From positions 9,534 through 73,533 of the forward strand of contig JAFIFJ010000138.1 in NCBI GenBank assembly GCA_020832085.1: a stretch of DNA of 64,000 nt. The letters are read 5' to 3'. Position numbers and translations under genes: made by a program. Source of the stretch: Gammaproteobacteria bacterium. Lineage in GTDB: Bacteria; Pseudomonadota; Gammaproteobacteria; Pseudomonadales; Azotimanducaceae. Positions 9,852 to 17,030 of this stretch are shown in pieces. Each line of letters begins with the position of its first letter. Within the stretch, counting starts at the first letter, position 1. The notes under the pieces were generated by a model. It saw nothing but the letters and a program-made list of their open reading frames with translations, did not search any database and was not told where the DNA came from.

Positions 9852-11033
9852 GTGTATCCTTGCGCCCGCTCGAAAATGTCTTCCTGGGGGCTCTGCGTGG
9901 AAAACATCACCGCTGATCTGGGAACCTGGATCCGGCAATACCAGGACCTGATCGAGGTCTTCGTCCTGGTCTTCCTGACCCTGCTGGCGTCCTGGATTGC
10001 TGGCCGGGTGCTCGATAGCCTCGAAAAGCGTTTTGCGGCCACCAAGAACGTCTACGACGACGCTGTCCTGTTCGCGGCGCGCAAGCCGCTGGTGTGGCTG
10101 ATCCTGCTGCTGGGCCTTTCTCACGCCGCGGAGATCGCCGGCAGCGATGCGGAGGTGGAACTGTTCGAATTGATCGCGCCCCTGCGTACTCTGGGCGTGA
10201 TTGTGCTGGTGGCGATGTTTGCCTGGCGTGCTGTGCGCTTTGTCGAAGAGCGGGTCATCAGCCCGGAGTTCAGCGAGCAGCCGGTAGATGCCACCACGGC
10301 CACCGCCATTGGTAAACTGCTGCGGCTGTCGATTCTGATCACCGCAGTGATCACGGCAGCCCAGACCCTGGGGTTCTCCATTGCCGGCCTGCTGGCCATG
10401 GGTGGCGTGGGCGGCATTGCCATCGGCTTCGCAGCCCGTGACCTGCTGGCCAACTTCTTCGGTGCGCTGATGATCTACATGGACCGGCCCTTCGCCGTAG
10501 GAGAGTGGATACGCTCGCCGGATCGGAACATCGAAGGTACGGTGGAGGAGATCGGCTGGCGGCTGACCCGCATCCGCACCTTCGATCGCCGACCGCTCTA
10601 TGTACCCAATGCCATCTTCACGCAGATCGCCCTGGAGAATCCGGGGCGGATGAGCAACCGGCGCATCTTCGAGACCGTGGGCGTGCGCTATACGGACGTC
10701 GGCGTGCTGCCGAAAATTCTCGAGGATGTGCGCAGCATGCTCAGCGAGCATCCGGACATCGCCCAGGATCGCATTCTGATGGTGAATTTCGACAGCTTCG
10801 GCGCCTCGTCGCTGGACTTCATGGTCTACGCCTTCACCAAGACCACGGTGTGGACGGAATTCCACGTGGTCAAGGAGGATGTGCTGTTCAAGATCGCAGC
10901 CATCATTGCCGGGCATGGTGGCGAAATCGCCTTCCCGACGCGTACGCTGCACGTCGATTCGATGCCCGTGGAAGACAGACCCGCCACGGTCGAGGCGACC
11001 CAAACCTCCGAGCAAGGGGAGAAGCCAGCTTGA
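9852..11033 (+). CDS. Small-conductance mechanosensitive channel (MscS family)
   Basis: TM helices followed by [70 protein letters not shown], the MscS pore-helix/beta-domain signature. GTG start at 9852, or ATG at 9876. Confidence 0.85.
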   Translation: MYPCARSKMSSWGLCVENITADLGTWIRQYQDLIEVFVLVFLTLLASWIAGRVLDSLEKRFAATKNVYDDAVLFAARKPLVWLILLLGLSHAAEIAGSDAEVELFELIAPLRTLGVIVLVAMFAWRAVRFVEERVISPEFSEQPVDATTATAIGKLLRLSILITAVITAAQTLGFSIAGLLAMGGVGGIAIGFAARDLLANFFGALMIYMDRPFAVGEWIRSPDRNIEGTVEEIGWRLTRIRTFDRRPLYVPNAIFTQIALENPGRMSNRRIFETVGVRYTDVGVLPKILEDVRSMLSEHPDIAQDRILMVNFDSFGASSLDFMVYAFTKTTVWTEFHVVKEDVLFKIAAIIAGHGGEIAFPTRTLHVDSMPVEDRPATVEATQTSEQGEKPA

Positions 11034-11587
11034 GCCGTGACATCTATCATGAGTACCTGCAGGTCCTCGACCATGCCGAGTGCCTGTTCTCAGCCGAACG
11101 GGTAGCCAAGGCCGTGGCCGATCTGGCGCGGGCGGTGAGCATCGATTTTGCGGATCGGGATCCGCTGGTGTTGTGCGTGATGACCGGCGGGCTTCGCTTC
11201 TGCTCGGACCTGATCGGTCATCTGGACTTTCCGCTGGAGCTGGACTACGTGCACTTGAGCCGCTACCGGGACCGCACCGAGGGCGGTGACCTGAACTGGC
11301 TGCGCCACCCGGCGGATGGCCTGCGCGGCCGTCATCTGCTGGTGGTGGACGACATCCTCGATCGCGGCATCACCCTGGCCTCGGTGCGGCAGCATTGCGT
11401 CGATGCCGGCGCGCTGTCGGTGGCCACGGCGGTGCTGGTGGACAAGCAGCTGCCGGCACGGGTGGTGGACAGCGAGTACGCGGCCATTCACGCGCCTGAT
11501 CGCTACCTGTTCGGTGAAGGTATGGATTTCAAGGGCTACGGGCGCAACCTGCGGGGCATTTACGCCATCGCGGATCAACACCTGTAA
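11030..11587 (+). CDS. hpt: Hypoxanthine-guanine phosphoribosyltransferase
   Basis: Frame of ORF 10505..11587 becomes HPRT-like only from LSRDIYHEYL... It carries the PRPP loop LLVVDDILDRGITL and C-terminal FGEGMDFKGYGRNLRGIYAI. The only plausible start is TTG 11030, overlapping the mscS TGA (cTTGA). Confidence 0.8.
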   Translation: MSRDIYHEYLQVLDHAECLFSAERVAKAVADLARAVSIDFADRDPLVLCVMTGGLRFCSDLIGHLDFPLELDYVHLSRYRDRTEGGDLNWLRHPADGLRGRHLLVVDDILDRGITLASVRQHCVDAGALSVATAVLVDKQLPARVVDSEYAAIHAPDRYLFGEGMDFKGYGRNLRGIYAIADQHL

Positions 11588-11607
11588 CCACCCAGGACGG
11601 AGGCAGT

Positions 11608-12342
11608 ATGGGCCGGATGGCGATCATCGCAGGAACGGGTTTCGATCAGCTCGACGAGCTGCTCCTCGAAGACGAAATCACCGCAACCACACCCTGGGGA
11701 GCGCCCGCCGCTCCGGTGCAGCGGGGACAGCTTGGCGCCGCACCGGTGCTGTTTCTGTCCCGGCACGGGCACCAGCACCAGTTTGCCCCCCACGCGGTGA
11801 ACTACCGGGCCAATCTGCAGGCCCTCAAGGATGCCGGGGCCACGGGCATTCTGGCGGTGTATACGGTAGGCGGCATCGATACCGGTCTGCTGCCCGGCAG
11901 CCTGGTGGTGCCTCATGACCTCATCGATTACACCTGGGGGCGGGAATCGAGCTTCTCCACCGAGGGTAACGTCATTCATGTGGATATGACCGAACCCTTC
12001 GATGGGGGATTGCGCAAGCGATTGCTTGCCGCCGGCCGCGAAGTGGTGGGCGCAGACGAACCGCCGGTGGTGGATGGTGGCGTCTACGCCTGCTGTCAGG
12101 GGCCGCGTCTGGAGACGCCTGCCGAAGTGGATCGCCTGGAGCGGGATGGCTGCACGGTGGTGGGCATGACGGGCATGCCCGAAGCGGCACTGGCCCGGGA
12201 ACTCGATCTGCCCATCGCGGCCATCGCCATGGTGGTGAATCCGGCAGCCGGCCGCGGCGGCATCTCCCTGGACGCCATGGCCAAGGTGGCCGCCGCCGGC
12301 CGGGAGCGCATCATCCGGATCCTGGCGGCTGCGGTGCGGTGA
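11608..12342 (+). CDS. MTAP-family phosphorylase (S-methyl-5'-thioinosine/adenosine phosphorylase type)
   Basis: MAIIAGTGF, FLSRHGHQHQFAPHAVNYRANLQALK, VVGMTGMPEAALARELDLP. Closely resembles the Pseudomonas PA3004-type enzyme as I recall it. Confidence 0.85.
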   Translation: MGRMAIIAGTGFDQLDELLLEDEITATTPWGAPAAPVQRGQLGAAPVLFLSRHGHQHQFAPHAVNYRANLQALKDAGATGILAVYTVGGIDTGLLPGSLVVPHDLIDYTWGRESSFSTEGNVIHVDMTEPFDGGLRKRLLAAGREVVGADEPPVVDGGVYACCQGPRLETPAEVDRLERDGCTVVGMTGMPEAALARELDLPIAAIAMVVNPAAGRGGISLDAMAKVAAAGRERIIRILAAAVR

Positions 12343-12410
12343 TGCCAAGCCCCGCGGCCTGTTCCAAACATGGGAGCCTCCGATCGAAGTCGCTGCCGCA
12401 GTGAGCGTTT

Positions 12411-12905
12411 TCACCGCTCGATGCGATAGGGCGTCTCGAACTCGTGCACCTCGGTATCGTCGTCAGAGCTGTCGTCGGCGATGCGATCGATGACGGCGAA
12501 GAGGGTCGCTTCGGCCAGCGGCGTCAGGACGGCGTGCCAGGTTCCGGGCAGGTAGTTGACGCCTTCGCCGCCACTGGCGAGGAAGGCGCGTGGCTGGCCA
12601 GGACGACCTTCCTCATCCGGGCAGACGATGGCCAGATAGGGATCGGCAGCTAGGGGCATGAAAGCCTGCGAGCCGAGTCGGTGACGCTCCACGAAAGTGA
12701 GCTCGAAGGGCAGCTTCCTGGCCACCGAGCGGAACAGGCTCAGACCGAGGCGACCGTCGGCGGCACGCAGCCGCGCCAGATCGTGCCAGCGTCCGCAGCG
12801 CTCCTGATTGATGATGCGGTCCGGTTCGCCGCTGGCTGCAATGACGTCACCAAAGGCAGCGAAGGCCGCCGGGTCCAGGGCTTCGATTCGGATCACGCGG
12901 GTCAT
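12411..12905 (-). CDS. allA: Ureidoglycolate lyase
   Basis: MTRVIRIEALDPAAFAAFGDVI...GSQAFMPL...NYLPGTWH is the AllA fold signature (164 aa). It is the C-terminal part of ORF 12411..13601. Its start overlaps the upstream stop (ATGA). Confidence 0.8.
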   Translation of the reverse strand: MTRVIRIEALDPAAFAAFGDVIAASGEPDRIINQERCGRWHDLARLRAADGRLGLSLFRSVARKLPFELTFVERHRLGSQAFMPLAADPYLAIVCPDEEGRPGQPRAFLASGGEGVNYLPGTWHAVLTPLAEATLFAVIDRIADDSSDDDTEVHEFETPYRIER

Positions 12906-13738
12906 CGGCCGAAGGCTCCCGGCCCCTTCAGTCGGGGGTGGCGATTCACGTCCTTGTACAGCAGATAGCGGAAGCGTCCCGGGCCGCCGGCATAGCAGGA
13001 CTGGGGACAGAACGCCCGCAGCCACATGTAGTCGCCGGCCTCCACCTCCACCCAATCCCGGTTCAGGCGATACACCGCCTTGCCTTCGAGGACGTAGAGG
13101 CCGTGCTCCATGACGTGGGTCTCCTCGAAGGGGATGACGCCGCCGGGTTCGAAGGTGACGATGTTGACGTGCATGTCGTGGCGGAGATCGTCCACGGCCA
13201 CGAAGCGGCTGGTGAGCCAGGCGCCGTTGGTGTCCGGCATGGGTTCCGGCGTGACGTCCAGGTCGTGACTGATCAGCGGCGGCGGGGCGGCCAGCCCCGG
13301 CGCCGCTTCGTAGCACTTGCGGATCCAGTGGAAAACCGCAGGTTGGCCACCCGGGTTGGTCAGGGTCCAGGGACAACCCGGCGGCAGATAGACATAGGCA
13401 CCGGCGATCAGCGGGTGGCGGTCGCTGCCGAGGTTCAGCTCGGGGTGGCCTGCGACCACGAACAGGACCCCTTCGGCATCGACATCGGGCTCCGGCGTCG
13501 GCGAGCCGCCGCCGGGAGCGACCTCCATGATGTAGTGGGAAAAGGTTTCGGCGAAGCCCGACAGGGGACGGGCGATGATCCAGCAGCGGGTGGCTTCCCA
13601 TCCCGGCAGACGGCTGGTGACGATGTCCGAGAGTACGCCGCGGGGGATCACCGCATAGGCTTCGGTGAACACCGCGCGACCGGTGTGGAGTCGACTCTGG
13701 GGCGGCAGACCGCCTTCGGGAACCGCGTAGGAAATCAT
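12902..13738 (-). CDS. Bicupin (S)-ureidoglycine aminohydrolase ('ura-cupin' family)
   Basis: 278 aa. MISYAVPEGGLPPQSRLHTGRAVFTEAYAVIPRGVLSDIV... with two cupin halves, in an allantoin-pathway context. 4-nt overlaps with both neighbours. Confidence 0.75.
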   Translation of the reverse strand: MISYAVPEGGLPPQSRLHTGRAVFTEAYAVIPRGVLSDIVTSRLPGWEATRCWIIARPLSGFAETFSHYIMEVAPGGGSPTPEPDVDAEGVLFVVAGHPELNLGSDRHPLIAGAYVYLPPGCPWTLTNPGGQPAVFHWIRKCYEAAPGLAAPPPLISHDLDVTPEPMPDTNGAWLTSRFVAVDDLRHDMHVNIVTFEPGGVIPFEETHVMEHGLYVLEGKAVYRLNRDWVEVEAGDYMWLRAFCPQSCYAGGPGRFRYLLYKDVNRHPRLKGPGAFGR

Positions 13739-15153
13739 GGCAACAGCTCCTTGATGCGCAGGGCCGCGATGCGCTCCACCTGTCGGCAGGCTTCGGCGAA
13801 TTCTATGTCCGTGGCGTGCTCCATGCGCAGGGCGAGCAGAGCGAGAATCGTCGCCTTGTCGTGATCCCGGGCGGCGATGATGAAGGGGAAGCCGTGGCGC
13901 GAACGATACTCGGCGTTGGCGGTCTCGAAGGCCGCGAACTCGGCATCGGTGAGGGCATCGAGTCCGGCGGCGGCCTGCTCGCGGGTGGATTCCGGCGTCA
14001 GGGCGCGACTGCGGGCCAGCTTTCCGGCCAGGTCCGGATGGGCCTGGAGGATGGCCAGCCGCTCCGCCCTGCTGGCACTGCGAAACGCCTGCACCATGGC
14101 CGCATGAAGCCCCTCTGAAGTATCGTTGGCAGGCCCGAGCTCAGCCGCAAAGCAGCGCTCGGCGATCCAGGCGCCGCCTTCGAAGACGCCGCTGAAGCGG
14201 GCCAGGAAGGCGGCCTGGTCCAGCTGGCTGGGACGCAGTGCTCCCGGCCGGGGTGGGTGGGCCCTGGCCCAGTGCTCGGCAATGTCGATGCGCCGTGGAA
14301 ACCACACCCGCTCATGGCTTTGGGCGTGATCGATGAAGCGGGCCAGGGCCGCGCTGCGGCCGGGACGCCCGGCCAGCCGGCAGTGCAGGCCCACGTTGAG
14401 CAGCTTCGGCTGTCCGGCCCGGCCTTCGGCGTTGAGAACGTCGAAGGCATCACGCAGGTAGTCGAAGAAATGAGTCCCTGAATTGAAGCCACCGGCGGTG
14501 GCGAAGCGCATGTCGTTGCTGTCCAGGGTGTAGGGATTGATGAGGTGGTCGCGACCCTGGTGCTCGATCCAGTAGGGCAGGTCGTCGGCATAGCTGTCCG
14601 AGAGGTAGTCGAAGCAGCCGAATTCGGCACCCAGGGCAACGGTGTGCGGGGAACATCGGCCGGTGTACCAGCCCCGTGCTGCCTCGCCCACCACCGCCTG
14701 ATGCAGGCGCAGAGCCTCGGCCATGGCGCGGCGTTCCGCCTCAACGGTCATGTCCTTGTGCTCGATCCACTTCAGGCCGTGGCAGGCGATCTCCCAGCCC
14801 GCCTCGACCATGGCGGCCACCTGGGCCGGGCTGCGGGCCAAGGCCGTGGCGACGCCGAACACGGTGACCGGGATGCCGCAGCCGGTGAACAGTCGATGCA
14901 GGCGCCAGAAACCGGCGCGGGCGCCGTAGTCGTAGAGGGATTCCATGTTCCAGTGGCGCTGTCCCGGCCAGGGCTCGGCGCCGACGATCTCGCTCAAGAA
15001 GGCCTCAGAGCTGGCGTCGCCGTGCAGCAGACTGCGCTCGCCCCCCTCCTCGTAGTTGAGCACGAACTGCACGGCAATGCGGGCGTGGTCGGGCCAGGGG
15101 TCCGGGGGAGGGTGGGCACCGTAGCCGTGAAGGTCGCGAGGGTAGCGGTTCAT
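13735..15153 (-). CDS. puuE: Fusion: allantoinase PuuE (polysaccharide-deacetylase type) + OHCU decarboxylase UraD
   Basis: N-terminal MNRYPRDLHGYGAHPP...AVQFVLNYEEGGE...NMESLYDYGARAGFWR is PuuE-like. C-terminal ...LQAHPDLAGKLA...FETANAEYRSRHGFPFIIAARDH is UraD-like. Start at the internal Met of ORF 13735..15225. Confidence 0.85.
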   Translation of the reverse strand: MNRYPRDLHGYGAHPPPDPWPDHARIAVQFVLNYEEGGERSLLHGDASSEAFLSEIVGAEPWPGQRHWNMESLYDYGARAGFWRLHRLFTGCGIPVTVFGVATALARSPAQVAAMVEAGWEIACHGLKWIEHKDMTVEAERRAMAEALRLHQAVVGEAARGWYTGRCSPHTVALGAEFGCFDYLSDSYADDLPYWIEHQGRDHLINPYTLDSNDMRFATAGGFNSGTHFFDYLRDAFDVLNAEGRAGQPKLLNVGLHCRLAGRPGRSAALARFIDHAQSHERVWFPRRIDIAEHWARAHPPRPGALRPSQLDQAAFLARFSGVFEGGAWIAERCFAAELGPANDTSEGLHAAMVQAFRSASRAERLAILQAHPDLAGKLARSRALTPESTREQAAAGLDALTDAEFAAFETANAEYRSRHGFPFIIAARDHDKATILALLALRMEHATDIEFAEACRQVERIAALRIKELLP

Positions 15154-15154
15154 T

Positions 15155-15170
15155 TGGGCAGACCTTTGCA
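15155..15170 (+). promoter_or_regulatory. Candidate sigma54 (-24/-12) promoter for uraH
   Basis: TGGGCAGACCTTTGCA: TGG-N9-TGCA with GG-N10-GC spacing. It begins 2 nt beyond the divergent puuE ATG and about 97 nt upstream of the uraH ATG. Confidence 0.45.
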
Positions 15171-15266
15171 GGAGAGGAGCCAGGGGCTGGGACTGCGGCG
15201 CTTCGACCGGGCGTGCGACTTGCATCGCGTCGGGTTAACGTCAGCATGTCTGCCAGCGAGGAAACC

Positions 15267-15626
15267 ATGACCCGAGGCTATCTCACCACTCACGTCCTCG
15301 ATACCGCCCGGGGGCGGCCGGCGGCGGACCTGACGCTGCACCTCTACCGGCTCGTGGACACAGGGCGGGAGCATCTGGCCACGGTAGTCACCAACGCCGA
15401 TGGCCGCTGCAACGATCCGATCCTGGCCGGTGAGGCCTTCGAGGTCGGTCGCTATGAACTGGAGTTCGAGGTGGGCGCCTGGCTGGCAGCCGGCGGGCGC
15501 GCCGAAGGCAGCCCGGTCTTCCTGGACGTGGTGCCCATACGTTTCGGGATTGGGGATGCTTCGGCCCACTATCACGTACCGCTGCTCCTTTCGCCTTACG
15601 GTTACACGACCTATCGGGGCAGTTGA
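15267..15626 (+). CDS. uraH: 5-hydroxyisourate hydrolase (transthyretin-like)
   Basis: MTRGYLTTHVLDTARGRPAA...HYHVPLLLSPYGYTTYRGS with the diagnostic C-terminal YRGS. GAGGA Shine-Dalgarno before the ATG. Confidence 0.9.
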   Translation: MTRGYLTTHVLDTARGRPAADLTLHLYRLVDTGREHLATVVTNADGRCNDPILAGEAFEVGRYELEFEVGAWLAAGGRAEGSPVFLDVVPIRFGIGDASAHYHVPLLLSPYGYTTYRGS

Positions 15627-15716
15627 AAACATCGCCCGCACTGCGGGCTCCCACCATGGGCGGGCAGCGGCTCCGGTCGTGTGGCTGCACCTGACCACTG
15701 CGTTGCGCTGCAGCCA
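15626..15716 (-). ncRNA. Hypothetical sigma54-dependent small RNA (~90 nt)
   Basis: Inferred only. A perfect sigma54 promoter at 15742-15727 predicts a start near 15716. The transcript has a 5' stem (GGCUGCA...UGCAGCC) and ends in the REP hairpin GCCCGCAGUGCGGGC followed by GAUGUUUU. No coding potential. Confidence 0.25.
15631..15660 (+). repeat. REP-like palindromic element, copy 1
   Basis: ATCGCCCGCACTGCGGGCTCCCACCATGGG with a perfect GCCCGC-ACT-GCGGGC hairpin (15634-15648). About 27/30 identical to the reverse complement of 18484-18512. Resembles Pseudomonas-type GTGGGAGC REPs. Confidence 0.55.
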
Positions 15717-15744
15717 GGACAGTGCCAGCAAGGACAGTGCCAGC
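15716..15744. repeat. Tandem direct repeat (14-mer x2, period 15)
   Basis: AGGACAGTGCCAGC a AGGACAGTGCCAGC in the uraH-puuD spacer. The junction of the two copies creates the minus-strand sigma54 consensus. Confidence 0.8.
15727..15742 (-). promoter_or_regulatory. Consensus sigma54 promoter on the minus strand (no downstream gene)
   Basis: Minus strand reads TGGCAC-TGTCC-TTGCT, a full match to TGGCAC-N5-TTGCW. It points away from puuD and toward the 3' end of uraH. Confidence 0.55.
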
Positions 15745-15760
15745 TGGCCCGTATCCTGCT
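15745..15760 (+). promoter_or_regulatory. Candidate sigma54 promoter for puuD
   Basis: TGGCCCGTATCCTGCT (TGG-N9-TGCT), about 38 nt upstream of the puuD GTG. It sits back-to-back with the minus-strand element through the palindrome CCAGCTGG. Confidence 0.45.
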
Positions 15761-15797
15761 TCGTCGGTGGCGCTGACCGTACCTTGGGGAGACGTTC

Positions 15798-17030
15798 GTG
15801 ATCGACACAGTCCTGCTGCTGGAGTGGGCTGAACTGGCGCTGCGGTGGCTGCATGTGATCACCGCCGTGGCCTGGATCGGTTCCTCCTTCTATTTCATTG
15901 CGCTGGATCTCGGACTGCGCCGGCCGGGGACGCTCCCGGACGGGGTGGCCGGTGAACAGTGGCAGGTCCATGGCGGGGGCTTCTACCACCTGCAGAAGTA
16001 CAGCGTGGCGCCGGCAGCCCTGCCGGAACGGCTGGTCTGGTTCAAGTGGGAGAGCTACAGCACCTGGCTGTCGGGGTTTGCGCTGCTGATCCTGGTCTAC
16101 TACGTGGGGGCAGAGTTCTACCTCATCGATCATGCCCGTCGGCCGCTGTCGCCGACGATCGCCATCATCATCTCGTTAGGATCCCTGGGCGTCGGCTGGC
16201 TGGTCTACGATCGTCTCTGCAGGAGCGCCCTGGGGCGCCACGACACCGCGCTGATGGTGACCCTGTTCGCGCTGCTGACGGCGGCGGGCTGGGCCTACAC
16301 GGAACTGTTCACCGGCCGTGCCGCGCTGCTGCATCTCGGTGCGCTCACGGCCACCATCATGTCGGCCAACGTCTTCCTCGTCATCATCCCCAAGCAGAAG
16401 ATCGTGGTGAGGGAGCTCAAGGCCGGGCGGGCGCCGGATCCCGCCCTGGGCAAGCAGGCAAAACAGCGTTCCACCCACAACAACTATCTGACGCTGCCCG
16501 TCATCTTCCTGATGCTGTCGAACCACTACCCGCTGGTGTTCGCCACGCCCTACAACTGGCTCATGGCCAGTCTGGTGTTTCTGATGGGGGTGACGATCCG
16601 CCACTTCTTCAACAGCATTCACGCCGGTCGCGGCCGTCCCTGGTGGACCTGGCTGGCCACCGCCTTGCTGTTTGCCGTCATCATCAAGCTGTCATCCCTG
16701 CAGCCGCCACCGGAAGCGGGTGGGGAGCTTCCGGTGTCCGCGCTGCGCCATCTGCAGGCCGAGGGCTTCGAAGAGGTGCAGATCACGCTGCTGATGCGTT
16801 GCGTCATGTGCCACGGGGATCATGCAGCCTGGCCAGGTCTGAACAGTGCCGCCCGCAGCGTCAAACTCGACACGCCCGAGCGCATCGCGGCCCAGGCCCG
16901 GGCCGTCTATCTGCATGCGGGCGTCAGCCACGCCATGCCGCCGGGGAATCGAACCTACATGACCGCTGCGGAGCGGGCGGGCATTGTCACCTGGTATCGG
17001 GCTGCAGCGCCTGCAGCAGGCGCGCCTTGA
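15798..17030 (+). CDS. puuD: Membrane urate hydroxylase PuuD (cytochrome c type)
   Basis: Multi-TM protein, WLHVITAVAWIGSSFYFIALD...GGGFYHLQKY, with a C-terminal CVMCHG haem-c motif in a urate-pathway context. GTG start. Confidence 0.85.
   Translation: MIDTVLLLEWAELALRWLHVITAVAWIGSSFYFIALDLGLRRPGTLPDGVAGEQWQVHGGGFYHLQKYSVAPAALPERLVWFKWESYSTWLSGFALLILVYYVGAEFYLIDHARRPLSPTIAIIISLGSLGVGWLVYDRLCRSALGRHDTALMVTLFALLTAAGWAYTELFTGRAALLHLGALTATIMSANVFLVIIPKQKIVVRELKAGRAPDPALGKQAKQRSTHNNYLTLPVIFLMLSNHYPLVFATPYNWLMASLVFLMGVTIRHFFNSIHAGRGRPWWTWLATALLFAVIIKLSSLQPPPEAGGELPVSALRHLQAEGFEEVQITLLMRCVMCHGDHAAWPGLNSAARSVKLDTPERIAAQARAVYLHAGVSHAMPPGNRTYMTAAERAGIVTWYRAAAPAAGAP

Noticed and set aside
10505-11029. 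Upstream part of ORF 10505..11587, which would give a 360-aa HPRT.
   Set aside because: This segment is an alternative frame of the mscS gene, with Arg/His/Gly-rich junk. HPRT similarity starts only at 11030.
12906-13601. N-terminal 232 codons of ORF 12411..13601, which would give a 396-aa protein.
   Set aside because: Only the last 164 residues look like ureidoglycolate lyase. The upstream part is Arg/Pro-rich and overlaps the bicupin gene, which is in a different frame and has a clean 4-nt junction.
15634-15648. Hairpin GCCCGC-ACT-GCGGGC as the intrinsic terminator of uraH (plus strand).
   Set aside because: On the plus strand it is followed by TCCCACC with no U tract. It is part of a REP-like element, and a U-rich tail exists only for a minus-strand transcript.
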